From Candidatus Aenigmatarchaeota archaeon (GTDB taxonomy: Archaea; Aenigmatarchaeota; Aenigmatarchaeia; QMZP01; QMZT01), in assembly GCA_026397315.1 (NCBI GenBank), contig JAPLVC010000003.1:32001-96000 (forward strand): a stretch of DNA of 64,000 nucleotides, given 5' to 3'. Of this stretch, positions 19,128 through 28,869 are shown one piece after another. The notes below the pieces were generated by a model. The model ran no database searches and had not been told where the DNA came from. It saw only the letters and a list, made by a program, of their open reading frames with translations. Each line of letters begins with the position of its first letter. The stretch's first letter is position 1. The position numbers and the translations under genes were made by a program.

Positions 19128-19379
19128 TTAAAGGCTTCTCGAAATCTCGACGGTTTCGGCGTTCTGCACGCCGCTGATTTTCGCAAGCTTCTCTTCCATG
19201 GCCGGAAGCGTCCCCTCTGCGTCGGGTATTATTATTGTGAACTTCCACGCCTTGATGCCGAAGGCAAGCGGCTCCTCTTCGAGGCGCTGCGGCTTGAGCT
19301 TCTCCAGCTCGTGCTTAAGTTTCTCGAAATGAATCATGTCATCCGGCGTTATCCTGAAAACAACGATTACGTCTCCCAT
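19128..19379 (-). CDS. ef1b: elongation factor 1-beta
   Basis: MGDVIVVFRITP...EEPLAFGIKA...GVQNAET; next to COG2888 zinc ribbon. Confidence 0.93.
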   Translation of the reverse strand: MGDVIVVFRITPDDMIHFEKLKHELEKLKPQRLEEEPLAFGIKAWKFTIIIPDAEGTLPAMEEKLAKISGVQNAETVEISRSL

Positions 19380-19435
19380 TTGAAACACCTCACAAGTATA
19401 ATAAAATCATAAAATCCGAATTCAGGCGCGAGCGT

Positions 19436-19621
19436 TTAAGGGCCCTTGAAACTGCAGTTCGAGCACTCGTAAACGTTCATGAGGCTCCTGCACTTCTCGC
19501 ACCTTATTATCTTTGCCTTGCCGCAGCCGGGGCACTCGAATTGGACCCAGTTCTTCTGGTTCTCTATCCTGACGCCGCAGCTTGAGCATTTCATTGAATC
19601 GGCACTGGTTTCGCTTTTCAT
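19436..19621 (-). CDS. Zn-ribbon RNA-binding protein (COG2888/DUF1610)
   Basis: CSSCG..FECPGCG..IRCEKCR..YECSNCSFKGP. Confidence 0.92.
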   Translation of the reverse strand: MKSETSADSMKCSSCGVRIENQKNWVQFECPGCGKAKIIRCEKCRSLMNVYECSNCSFKGP

Positions 19622-19759
19622 ATTTTTCCTCTCTGGTCCGGTAACGCTAACCGGTGATTTACAATAATTGTAGGGCGATATATTTAAATACAATACAGCA
19701 TTAATTAGTGTATTAATATGACTGAGCCTTTCGTTATCGAAGGGCGAGGAGGGATGAAT

Positions 19760-20131
19760 ATGGCAAAATTCGTTAAAGTCGAAATCTCAAAGGATCTTAC
19801 GGACAAGATATACGAAGCGATAGAAGCTGCAAGCAGCACGGGCAAGCTGAGAAAAGGCGTCAATGAAACGACCAAGTGCATAGAGCGCGGCATGGCCAAG
19901 ATGGTCATACTCGCGACTGATGTCACACCCGAAGAGGTCGTTATGCATCTTCCCGTGATTTGCAACGAGAAGAAAGTTCTTTGCGTTGAAGTGCCTTCGA
20001 AGCTTGAACTGGGCAAGGCCGCGGGCCTTGAAGTCGGCACCTCGAGCATCGCCATCGAAGAGGTGGGAGACTCGAAGAAGCTCGTCGACGACATAAAGAG
20101 GAAGCTTGAAGGCCACGCTATTCAGGCTTAA
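19760..20131 (+). CDS. rpl7ae: 50S ribosomal protein L7Ae
   Basis: GKLRKGVNETTKCIERG...DVTPEEVVMHLP...LGKAAGLEV. Confidence 0.97.
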   Translation: MAKFVKVEISKDLTDKIYEAIEAASSTGKLRKGVNETTKCIERGMAKMVILATDVTPEEVVMHLPVICNEKKVLCVEVPSKLELGKAAGLEVGTSSIAIEEVGDSKKLVDDIKRKLEGHAIQA

Positions 20132-20142
20132 GAGGATGAACC

Positions 20143-20340
20143 ATGGTAGTTACTGCTGAAATCATTCAGGTATTGGAGAAGCTTGGAGTAAAAGGCGTAA
20201 CCAAAGTCCGCTGCAAAGTCCTTGAAGGCAGGGATAAAGGCAAGGTTCTGATGCGCAACGTCTCCGGCCCGATAAGGAAAGGCGACATCATAATGCTCAA
20301 AGACACCGAGATGGACGCCTCAGGCAGGATGTCCGGTTAA
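20143..20340 (+). CDS. rps28e: 30S ribosomal protein S28e
   Basis: [28 protein letters not shown]. Confidence 0.95.
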   Translation: MVVTAEIIQVLEKLGVKGVTKVRCKVLEGRDKGKVLMRNVSGPIRKGDIIMLKDTEMDASGRMSG

Positions 20341-20357
20341 GCCAGGAAAGTGAAAAC

Positions 20358-20528
20358 ATGAAATGCTCGATGTGCAAGACAAACGTGGCGAGAGGAACGG
20401 GAAAGATGTACGTCCGAAACGATGGTCGGATTTTTTACTTTTGTGGCTCCAAGTGTCATAAGAACTGGAAAATGGGCAGGGCGGAGAAAAACATAAAGTG
20501 GGCCAGCCCAGAGAAAGCCAAGAAGTAA
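20358..20528 (+). CDS. rpl24e: 50S ribosomal protein L24e (56 aa, not in ORF track)
   Basis: MKCSMC...GTGKMYVRNDGRIFYFCGSKCHKN...KWA; conserved order after rps28e. Confidence 0.95.
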   Translation: MKCSMCKTNVARGTGKMYVRNDGRIFYFCGSKCHKNWKMGRAEKNIKWASPEKAKK

Positions 20529-20574
20529 AATTCCTTACTTTATTTTTCCGTTTTAATCGCGTCAGGCGTCAGTC

Positions 20575-20979
20575 TCACTGTTTGTGCTGCTCTTTTTCTT
20601 CCTTCTTCTCTGCCTTGCTTTTCCCGGCGGCCACGAACTTCTGCAGCCACGTGACCAGGACCAGGATGGCCGTTATGCCCAGCCATAAAAGCAAAAAGCC
20701 CCAGACATGGAAAGCGAGGGACACGACCAGACCCAAACCAGCGAAAACGAAATTCTGGAAAATGAACACCTCTTTGCGGTAGCTGATGTTAGTGTCTATG
20801 AAAAGTATGATGCCGGCGGCTATCAGCGCGAGGCAGGAGAAGAAAGATACGATGTTATCCGTTGCCGTGATAGTTATAATGAGATAAATGAATGCGGATG
20901 TGACCAGGCTGCCCGTAAGGAAGCATTTCCAAGCCTGCTTTTTGTCGGCCACGCGGCCCGGGTTGTACATCATCCTCAT
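20575..20979 (-). CDS. membrane protein
   Basis: Four hydrophobic segments. Confidence 0.7.
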   Translation of the reverse strand: MRMMYNPGRVADKKQAWKCFLTGSLVTSAFIYLIITITATDNIVSFFSCLALIAAGIILFIDTNISYRKEVFIFQNFVFAGLGLVVSLAFHVWGFLLLWLGITAILVLVTWLQKFVAAGKSKAEKKEEKEQHKQ

Positions 20980-21050
20980 GTTAAATAATTAAGCGGGGAA
21001 TTTTAAAAACCAATTTCCCCTTTTGAAACCAGAGTTTTCGCTGACAGCGC

Positions 21051-23471
21051 CTATTCGAGATAGTCAGTGTCCTCTTTTTTGCTGCCTTTCTTCATCTCCA
21101 TGCCCCTGCTCCTGAAGCTCTCGATTATCTTCTCGTAGTAGCGGAGCATGTCAGGCGTTATGGACGGCCTTGAGTTTCTCAGCGCCTCGTCGAAATGCTT
21201 TTTGGTCACGAAGTATTCTTCCTTATTATCGGCGGGCTTCTCCGTTTTCGCTTTCTTCGTCTTTGCATTCGCTGCGCTTGGCGTCGCCGGCTTCTCCTTC
21301 GCCATTATCTCCCTTATGGCGTTTATGCCGGCTTCCCTCACTAACGCTTCGAGATCCGCGCCTGAATAACCGTCGGTCAGTTTCGCGAACTTCTTCAGGT
21401 CGACGTCCTTCATCTTCATTTTTTTGGTGTGTATCTTGAGCACCTCGAGCCTCGATTTCTCGTCAGGCGCTGGAACGAGAACCTGCCTGTCGAAACGGCC
21501 AGGCCTCAAAAGCGCGGGGTCGAGTATGTCCGGCCTGTTCGTCGCGCCTATCACGACGACGTTGTGCATCTCTTCCACGCCGGACATGTGGGTGAGGATC
21601 TGCGACACCACGTTCTCTGCCACGCGCGTGCCCATGTCGAGGCCGCGCCTCGGCACGAGCGCGTCCATCTCGTCGAAGAAGATGATGCTCGGCGCGACCT
21701 GTTTCGCCCTCTTGAATATCTCGCGTATGTGCTTCTCGCTCTCGCCGACCCATTTGCTCAGCACTTCGGGTCCGCGAACCGATATGAAGTTCGCGCCGCT
21801 TTCGGAAGCGACAGCCTTCGCTAGCAGCGTCTTTCCCGTGCCCGGCGGGCCGTAGAGCAGTATGCCTTTCGGAGGCGAGACTCCGATGTTCGTGAAGACT
21901 TCAGGGTTTTTGAGCGGCCACTCGATTATCTCTTTCAGCGACTGCTTCACCCCTTCGAGGCCTCCGATGTCGTTCCATTTCACATTCGGGATTTCTATCA
22001 TCACTTCACGCATGCCGGACGGCTCGACCATCTTAAGGCCGTTCTCGAAGTCCTTCTTGCTGACCTTCAGTTTCTTGAGCACGTCCTGCGGGATTTCCTC
22101 TTCCTTCCTCCAGGTTATCTGGGGAAGAATGCGCTTCAGCGCGGACATCGCAGCCTCTTTAGCGAGCGCTTCCAAATCGGCGCCGACAAAGCCGTATGTC
22201 CTGCCTGCAAGGAAGTCCAGGTCGACGTCGGGCTCGAGCGGCATGTTTCTCGTGTGTATCTGCAGGATTTCTTTGCGTCCTCTAGCGTCCGGAACGCCTA
22301 TCTCTATCTCGCGATCGAAGCGCCCGGGCCTCCTGAGGGCAGGGTCGAGTGAGTTGGGTATGTTGGTTGCGGCAATGACAATAACCTTGCCTCTCGCTTT
22401 AAGACCATCCATGAGCGCAAGCAACTGTGACACAGTGCGCTTCTCCACCTCGCCCGTCACCTCTTCCCTCTTAGGAGCTATGGCGTCAATTTCATCTATG
22501 AATACTATCGACGGCGCGTTCTTTTCGGCTTCCTCGAAAAGCTTGCGCAGGTTTTCTTCCGTTTGTCCGTACCACTTGCTCATTATCTCGGGTCCGGCAA
22601 TCGAATAGAAATTCGCGCCGCTCTCGTTAGCTACCGCCTTCGCTAGCAGCGTTTTACCAGTGCCCGTTGGGCCGTATAACAAAACGCCTTTCGGCGGGTC
22701 GATGCCTAAGCGCACGAAAAGCTCCGGATGTCGTAGCGGCAGCTCGACCATCTCCCTTATCTTGACCAGCGTGTCGTGCAGGCCGCCTATGTCCTCGTAG
22801 GTGATCGTAGGCACCCTGCCCGCTGCTTCGAGATCGACTGCTTCTTTGCGCAGCTCTATCTGCGTCGTTGGAGCTATCTTGACTATGCCCTCCGGCTGCG
22901 TCGCAACTATTGCCAGTCTCGTCTCGCTCTGCATGGGGATGAAAGACGAGAAGTCGCCTCCCTGGATGTTTATACCCATGCTCCTGAAAATGTCGAAAAA
23001 AGGATCCATCCCATTGTCACCGAACGGGCTTCCCTGCCTTTGACGGCCGCGCGAAGCCGGCGATGGTGATATCACGTCGCCTTTCGTCAGCGGCCTGCCC
23101 ATAAGGTTCTGCCTGAGCAGGTCAGCGACGCCCTGGGATATTTCCAGCACTTCGTCTTTCTGCGCGGGCGCGATGACGACTTTCTTCGCCTCTTTGACGT
23201 CGGCTTTTGCGATTTTGACCGTTTCTCCCACGCCAACGCCGATGTTCGTCCTGGTTATGCCGTCCATGCGGACCAGGCTGAGGCCGATGTCAGCAGGGTA
23301 AGCGCGCACGGCGATAGCCCCGGTCTTCTTCTTGCCCTGGAGCTCGATGACGTCGCCCTCTCGTATGCCGAGCTCGTTCATCATCTTGGACTCCAGCCTT
23401 ACCATGCTCATGCCCGACTCGCTCCTGTCGGTCAGCTCTCCCACCCTCAGCGATATATCTTTCTCTGCCAT
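21051..23471 (-). CDS. cdc48: Cdc48/VCP AAA+ ATPase
   Basis: N domain plus two AAA modules ([28 protein letters not shown]). Confidence 0.98.
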   Translation of the reverse strand: MAEKDISLRVGELTDRSESGMSMVRLESKMMNELGIREGDVIELQGKKKTGAIAVRAYPADIGLSLVRMDGITRTNIGVGVGETVKIAKADVKEAKKVVIAPAQKDEVLEISQGVADLLRQNLMGRPLTKGDVISPSPASRGRQRQGSPFGDNGMDPFFDIFRSMGINIQGGDFSSFIPMQSETRLAIVATQPEGIVKIAPTTQIELRKEAVDLEAAGRVPTITYEDIGGLHDTLVKIREMVELPLRHPELFVRLGIDPPKGVLLYGPTGTGKTLLAKAVANESGANFYSIAGPEIMSKWYGQTEENLRKLFEEAEKNAPSIVFIDEIDAIAPKREEVTGEVEKRTVSQLLALMDGLKARGKVIVIAATNIPNSLDPALRRPGRFDREIEIGVPDARGRKEILQIHTRNMPLEPDVDLDFLAGRTYGFVGADLEALAKEAAMSALKRILPQITWRKEEEIPQDVLKKLKVSKKDFENGLKMVEPSGMREVMIEIPNVKWNDIGGLEGVKQSLKEIIEWPLKNPEVFTNIGVSPPKGILLYGPPGTGKTLLAKAVASESGANFISVRGPEVLSKWVGESEKHIREIFKRAKQVAPSIIFFDEMDALVPRRGLDMGTRVAENVVSQILTHMSGVEEMHNVVVIGATNRPDILDPALLRPGRFDRQVLVPAPDEKSRLEVLKIHTKKMKMKDVDLKKFAKLTDGYSGADLEALVREAGINAIREIMAKEKPATPSAANAKTKKAKTEKPADNKEEYFVTKKHFDEALRNSRPSITPDMLRYYEKIIESFRSRGMEMKKGSKKEDTDYLE

Positions 23472-23476
23472 GAAAA

Positions 23477-23704
23477 TCACCCTCCATAAGGCATTTCCTG
23501 AATGCCTTCAAAAACATCATTAAACGCAGTAGACGCGTTAGCTGCAATGATTGTATATAACAGCTGGTCAGCGTCCTGCACCGGGAATTCGAATTCGCGT
23601 CCCGGCCTCAGCGGGAACGGCCTTTCTGGTCTGTCGCCCGCAGCGGCCTCTAAACCAAAAATCTCAAACGTTCTCATAACATTACCTCCGAACAATTGCG
23701 TCAT
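23477..23704 (-). CDS. small hypothetical protein between HTH gene and cdc48
   Basis: ATGA overlap with upstream gene; stop overlaps cdc48 RBS; internal GGAGG-ATG may be the true start. Confidence 0.45.
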   Translation of the reverse strand: MTQLFGGNVMRTFEIFGLEAAAGDRPERPFPLRPGREFEFPVQDADQLLYTIIAANASTAFNDVFEGIQEMPYGG

Positions 23705-23928
23705 TCTCTCTTCTCCTTCCTTATCCTGACTATGATCGAATGGCCGGTCCTGATGATCTCGATTTCCGGCTCGTTTCTGACCATCTGGATTATCTCGACG
23801 TAGCGCCGGACCGTGACGTTATGAATCCCGGTTTTCTCCGATATTGCGTTGAGGCTCATCGCCTCGTTCCTTTGCTTTTCAAGGAGCGTCAGTATCTCCC
23901 TCATTATTTCCAGCGGGTCTCGTTTCAT
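23701..23928 (-). CDS. winged-HTH transcriptional regulator
   Basis: MSLNAISEKTGIHNVTVRRYV HTH. Confidence 0.8.
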   Translation of the reverse strand: MKRDPLEIMREILTLLEKQRNEAMSLNAISEKTGIHNVTVRRYVEIIQMVRNEPEIEIIRTGHSIIVRIRKEKRE

Positions 23929-24248
23929 ATCCGGTCACGTCAATTTCCAGTTCTAAGTGTTCAGCGTCTCAGTGAATGACTATTATATTTTGATGATGTA
24001 GTTTGATACCATAATGTATAAACTTATACATTAACTGGTATATAAAGGTTACGCATCAGTAGTAGATAGAAATAACTAACGTATTGTCGCCAGAATGTCA
24101 AGATATTCAATATTGCTAACGAAAAGCTTTCATGACTACTTTAGAAATGAATCATGAATCTGCGCTAAAACTTGAAAATTCAACTCAAAAATCACGTGAG
24201 AATTAGTCTTTCATCTGAACAAAAAGCAGCTGCCAGAAGGAAAAATCG

Positions 24249-25838
24249 TCATGGACTATAGTTTATGAAAGCTTCGTAGAACTTCTTCATAAACATCTTG
24301 GCTGTGATGAGCCTGTATTCGACTTGTTCTCCGAACAGATACTGACTCAACATGGCGTTTGTGATAACCCAAAGATTGTATAATAGCGTTGAAAACATGA
24401 AGTAAAAGCAGCGTATCTTGTGATTTTTTGACGTGGTGTTCGGTCGGAACTCATGTTTTTTGACTCTGTATCCAGTTTCTATGTTCCATCTTTTTCCGTA
24501 AAGCCTGAACAGATTGGCGGTATATAACATCAGAGTCGGAAGGTTCGTGATAAAGGCTACGTCCTTTCCTTCATGATCTCTCTTTACGACCAGCTTCGTT
24601 CTGGCTAAATATTTATCGTCGTTGCTTCTCAATTTCATTTCAACGACAGCCGGTGGCGAACTTCTTTTCATGATTCTTAAAACTCTTTTCGTCTTAACGC
24701 CTGGCATCAGATATTTGATTCCCATTTCGTCGAACAGGCTGATGAACTTCGCGGAATAGAAACCCCTGTCGACATAGAAATATCTCGCGTCAACCTTGTT
24801 TTTCGCGTATTCTATAAGCGTTTTTACGGCTTCCCTTTCGTTAGTGAAAACGCCTACGGGCAGAGCCAACAGAGTAAAGTCTCCGTATTTTTCGGCTATC
24901 TTGATTGTGACGAACCTGAATCTTTTGCAAGTTCCGAGCTTGTATTCTCCGCCCACGACCATCTTATCGGTCTTGTCTCCGTAATACAGCCAATCGTGAT
25001 AGTCTATCGCCAAGTCCACGGGACCGCTTAACAATCCTCTTGCTTTGGCAATCTTGTATATCCTCTCGAAAGCAGCCATGAACATTTCTTTAATCTCTTC
25101 AGATTCGAGCTTGGCGAGGTATCCAAGCATGGTTCTCGCATGCGGAACGTTGTCCTTGAACTCTTTCTCGTCTCTCATGAGCTGGTAGCCTTGATTCGCG
25201 AACGTATTGTTGTAAGCGACATAAGCCAGCAGGTCGAGTAAGTTATCTTTGCAATATCTCGCCTTGCAGTTCAGGGGAAGCGCAAGCGTAGGGAAAATCT
25301 CTTCCCTGAGCAGCCTGATTACTTTGGTTCCTTCCTTGTCTACATGTCTTTTGATAGTTTTCTCGCACTTCTTGCCAAGATTTTTATCTTCCGCGAAGTC
25401 GATGTCGAGCAATTTTCCCTCTTCCTTTGCGATTTCCCTTATCCGTTTCGCCATGAAGTCGATTATCGATTCGATTTCATCGTCTATTCTTTCGTTCACC
25501 ATGACGCTGAAGCTTTGCTGACAAGGAAGCGTTCCGTCCTTGTAGCCGAGCAGCTTGGCTTCTTCCGGTCTTCTTTTCAGATGAGAAATCAGCGAACCGA
25601 ACGATTTTATGTCTTTTAGCTCTTTGTAAAGAATCGATTTTATTATGGTGAAAGGGTCATACCTGAGCCTTCGGTCGCCGACCCATGTCTTGTATTTGGT
25701 GAGCAGAAGCTTCTCAAGTGAATACAATTCAACCTTAGAGAGAAGAGCCGCTATCGTGCTTTCTTCTGGTTTAAGCTCCGAAAAAGCTTTTTTAATCTTC
25801 AATTCCAAGTCATTACATGTGGTAGGTGTTGTCTGCAT
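24249..25838 (-). CDS. DDE transposase, ISH3-like, with extra N-terminal domain
   Basis: LAIDYHDWLYYGD, YVDRGFYS, YGKRWNIETGYR, RPNTTSKN...LYNLW. Confidence 0.9.
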   Translation of the reverse strand: MQTTPTTCNDLELKIKKAFSELKPEESTIAALLSKVELYSLEKLLLTKYKTWVGDRRLRYDPFTIIKSILYKELKDIKSFGSLISHLKRRPEEAKLLGYKDGTLPCQQSFSVMVNERIDDEIESIIDFMAKRIREIAKEEGKLLDIDFAEDKNLGKKCEKTIKRHVDKEGTKVIRLLREEIFPTLALPLNCKARYCKDNLLDLLAYVAYNNTFANQGYQLMRDEKEFKDNVPHARTMLGYLAKLESEEIKEMFMAAFERIYKIAKARGLLSGPVDLAIDYHDWLYYGDKTDKMVVGGEYKLGTCKRFRFVTIKIAEKYGDFTLLALPVGVFTNEREAVKTLIEYAKNKVDARYFYVDRGFYSAKFISLFDEMGIKYLMPGVKTKRVLRIMKRSSPPAVVEMKLRSNDDKYLARTKLVVKRDHEGKDVAFITNLPTLMLYTANLFRLYGKRWNIETGYRVKKHEFRPNTTSKNHKIRCFYFMFSTLLYNLWVITNAMLSQYLFGEQVEYRLITAKMFMKKFYEAFINYSP

Positions 25839-25852
25839 GGCTTCACTTCCAC

Positions 25853-25886
25853 CCAAAGGGTTAGGGGTCCAATCCAGACCCTTTGG
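25853..25886 (-). promoter_or_regulatory. hairpin between tRNA-like gene and transposase start
   Basis: CCAAAGGGT (25853-61) / ACCCTTTGG (25878-86) 9-bp inverted repeat abutting the RBS. Confidence 0.5.
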
Positions 25887-25893
25887 ATATTGA

Positions 25894-25965
25894 TGCGGCA
25901 GGCGGGAATCGAACCCGCATCACCCAGTTGGGAACACCGGTGGGTTGCCGTTACCCCACTGCCGC
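25894..25965 (-). tRNA. atypical tRNA-Gly(TCC)-like gene
   Basis: GCGGCAG/CTGCCGC+A73; GGG/CCC D stem; CCGGT-GT TCC CA-ACTGG; GCGGG-TTCGATT-CCCGC; G32 and C37 are unusual. Confidence 0.75.
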
Positions 25966-26120
25966 TTTTTCTTTATAATTCTTCGTCCGATGTACTATTA
26001 ACTTGGATAGCGTATTTATAAAGGTTATCTATTTTTCGTCCTACAAATTATCAAATAAACTTATATATAACTTCGTCCTAACTATTATATATAAATACAA
26101 AATATTAAGGACGAATTATT

Positions 26121-26387
26121 ATGGAAAAAGAACTGACCGATATTGAACGAAAATTTGCAGATGAGTTGATCGAAACATTACCATTGGAACCAGAAATAAA
26201 GAAAAGTTCAGCAGAAGTGCCAATTATTTATGATGGAAGGCAGTATTCTATTAGGATACCAAAGAAATTTGCAGAGGCACTGAAACTTGATCCAAAAAAT
26301 GACAGATTTGAGTTTAATATGGAAATTCCACCTTTTAAGGCTAAAGATAATAAACCGAAATTGATTGGAAAATTGATAAAGGGTTAA
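26121..26387 (+). CDS. AbrB/MazE-like DNA-binding protein
   Basis: YDGRQYSIRIPKKFAEALKL. Confidence 0.7.
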   Translation: MEKELTDIERKFADELIETLPLEPEIKKSSAEVPIIYDGRQYSIRIPKKFAEALKLDPKNDRFEFNMEIPPFKAKDNKPKLIGKLIKG

Positions 26388-26388
26388 T

Positions 26389-26562
26389 ATGGTAGGTTCA
26401 AGACATCTTAATAAAAATGAGCGAATAATTCTCGCACTATTATACAAAGAAAGAAGACCTATGAGCATCAGAGAAATATCAAAAAGAACGGGCATAAGCT
26501 GGATAACTGTAAAAAAATATCTTAAAACACTTCAAAGCAAAGGTGTGTTGGTGGGTGGATGA
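26389..26562 (+). CDS. small winged-HTH protein (57 aa, not in ORF track)
   Basis: LNKNERIILALL..RPMSIREISKRTGISWITVKKYLKTLQSKG. Confidence 0.75.
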   Translation: MVGSRHLNKNERIILALLYKERRPMSIREISKRTGISWITVKKYLKTLQSKGVLVGG

Positions 26563-26692
26563 AAAGAAAAAGGCTTCCGAGAAACAAATGGGAAGTTAAC
26601 TTTGATAATGTAGGAAGGTTAATTGACACAAGACTTAGGGAACTCGAAAGACAGAGAAAGAAGAAATTCAAATTCATATAGAAGAGATATTT

Positions 26693-27559
26693 ATGGAAAA
26701 CAAAAAACTAAACATATCGTATTTGAAAACTTGTAATTGTTCGCCTAATCATATCAACTGTTTAACTGCTAAAGAATGGGTCAAGGGTCAGGTTGGCATC
26801 TGGGAATTCTTTTATGAAAAAAGAGACGTAAGAGACAAGAGCATCCATCCTGCTGTTTATCCGATTGCTTTGGCATCTCAATGCATCAAACTCTTCACAC
26901 ATAAAGGCGAATTGGTTCTGGATCCGTTTGCTGGCATAGGAACAACACTAATAGCCGCAAGTGATTTAGAAAGAAATGCGGTAGGTTTCGATTTGAAAAA
27001 GGAATATATCGAATTTACAAAGAAGAGATTATCTCAAAAGAAGTTGGAAGAAAAAACAAAACAGATACCGATACTTGACGATGCAATAAACATCCCAAAA
27101 TATTTGAATGAGGAAACAGTGTCTCTTTGTGTAACATCGCCACCATATGCTCACATGCTTGGCAAGCCTCGCCTTAACAAAAGCATGAGGGGCGACATCA
27201 GGAGCAATAATCATTTCAAGGAAGTTCAGCAATATTCCGATAATCCGAGAGATCTCGGAACCATGACACATGATAAATATGCAGAAGCCTTAACAGAAAT
27301 CTACAAAGGAATTTTACCATTAATGAAGCCAAGAGCTCACAGTGTAATTAATGTAAATGATGTGTGGTGGGAAAACAAGCGCATACCAACACATCTCTAT
27401 GTCGTTGAAGCTCTTCAAAAAGCAGGTTTTGAACTCAGAAATATTTTAATCTGGGATAAGAGAAACCTCGTAAATAAAGTTGGTATCTTCGGATGGCCAA
27501 GTAATTACATCAAACTTGGAGCTACTTTTGAATACATTCTGGACTTTTGGAAACCTTGA
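26693..27559 (+). CDS. site-specific DNA methyltransferase, probably N4-cytosine
   Basis: Motif I VLDPFAGIGTT followed by motif IV TSPPY. Confidence 0.92.
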   Translation: MENKKLNISYLKTCNCSPNHINCLTAKEWVKGQVGIWEFFYEKRDVRDKSIHPAVYPIALASQCIKLFTHKGELVLDPFAGIGTTLIAASDLERNAVGFDLKKEYIEFTKKRLSQKKLEEKTKQIPILDDAINIPKYLNEETVSLCVTSPPYAHMLGKPRLNKSMRGDIRSNNHFKEVQQYSDNPRDLGTMTHDKYAEALTEIYKGILPLMKPRAHSVINVNDVWWENKRIPTHLYVVEALQKAGFELRNILIWDKRNLVNKVGIFGWPSNYIKLGATFEYILDFWKP

Positions 27560-28505
27560 AGTTATTCCCTTCTCTATCGCATCTATTACAAATTTTATTA
27601 TATGTTTTTTCACATTTAAAAGTAGATTTCCTTGTTTCTATTTTTATTTCTCTACCGTCTGGTTTTTTACCTTTAAACTGTTTCAAACATAAATATTCTT
27701 TCGGTAATGTGTATCGATATTCTATAATAAAATATTCATAAATTTTATTTAACAGTTCTGGAGATATTTTAAGTTGGTCACAAATGAACTTCAATTTATC
27801 TTCGTGGTCTTTGGCATCAAATGTAGATGATCCTTGCTGCTTCACCGATAAGTCAATATAAAATGGGACTATGCCTTTTTTTAAGATGTTAATAATAATG
27901 TCAAGTTCAATTTCAAAACCATTTGCACTCAATTCTAAATCTTTTACAATTGAATGATGCATTCCCCAACAACCACACTGACCATCTGGAATTGATTTGT
28001 TGAATATAGACTCAACTATGTTTAATTCAAATCTTTCAATCTGATCTCTTGGTTCACCCATTCCGAATTTACCTTGTCGACAAGAAAGGCAAACTTTTTC
28101 TCCACTTATAAGAGAATCTAACACTTTGAAAATATTATTGAATGATATGTCATTATCGCCATCAATACATATCACAAAATCATGCACTTTCTCTATGTTT
28201 CCATAAACTTCTTTATGCATCTCTTTTAAATAATATCTTATAATATCCCCCTTTTTGTGTGTTCCAACAAACAAATCTTCTTCGCCAGTATCTGCATTGA
28301 CAATAATTGGTCTACCTCTCAAAATTGGTATATGATGTGGATTAACATCTCTTTTGGCAAACTCGTTTTTGTGTTCTCTAAACCAATTTAAGAAATTATT
28401 GCAAAGTGTCATTTCATCATCTATTTTGCCCTTAAACATAGGTGTGAGCAAAAGTAGATTTTTTACAATAACCATAGAAAATCGCATTTTATTATTTGAA
28501 TGCAA
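27522..28505 (-). CDS. glycosyltransferase family 2-like protein
   Basis: FVICIDGD (DxD), DGQCGCW, GFEIELDI resemble DPM1-like GT2 motifs. Confidence 0.6.
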   Translation of the reverse strand: MHSNNKMRFSMVIVKNLLLLTPMFKGKIDDEMTLCNNFLNWFREHKNEFAKRDVNPHHIPILRGRPIIVNADTGEEDLFVGTHKKGDIIRYYLKEMHKEVYGNIEKVHDFVICIDGDNDISFNNIFKVLDSLISGEKVCLSCRQGKFGMGEPRDQIERFELNIVESIFNKSIPDGQCGCWGMHHSIVKDLELSANGFEIELDIIINILKKGIVPFYIDLSVKQQGSSTFDAKDHEDKLKFICDQLKISPELLNKIYEYFIIEYRYTLPKEYLCLKQFKGKKPDGREIKIETRKSTFKCEKTYNKICNRCDREGNNFKVSKSPECIQK

Positions 28506-28749
28506 ATGAAAATATTTTGTCTACATCCTTATGAAGTCCCTGAATTCCAATTCCCATTCCAAATTCAATCATTTTTTCTTGAGAGGGATTATTTTCTCTC
28601 GTTTCTTGAGCTATTCTTGGATTATGATAAAATTTAACCGTAATATTAAACTCTTTTTCTATATCTTTTATATGTAATCCAATAAGATGTGAATTACGAC
28701 AAATAGGCAAAACAGTGTCCGTCTGTAAATTTTCTAAATCTATCATCAA
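28492..28749 (-). CDS. RCK_C/TrkA-C-like small protein
   Basis: NSHLIGLHIKDI...NPS..MIEFGMGIGIQG pattern. Confidence 0.5.
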   Translation of the reverse strand: MMIDLENLQTDTVLPICRNSHLIGLHIKDIEKEFNITVKFYHNPRIAQETRENNPSQEKMIEFGMGIGIQGLHKDVDKIFSFAFK

Positions 28750-28869
28750 ATCCCCATTTTCATAAATGGGTTATATATTTAAATAATAAAACCCTATTTT
28801 TGACACTTATATATAAACTTTACTGTTTTTTGGAATATATACGTTTCTGTTTACTGATAAGTAATTAAT

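Noticed and set aside
21148-23069. Long antisense ORFs over cdc48 (similarly over secY, cysS, 37254-38204, 58992-59948)
   Set aside because: Shadow frames caused by high GC3 codon bias; no motifs.
25894-25965. tRNA-Gly as integration site of the island
   Set aside because: It is internal, no duplicate of its 3' end was found, and the island has no integrase.
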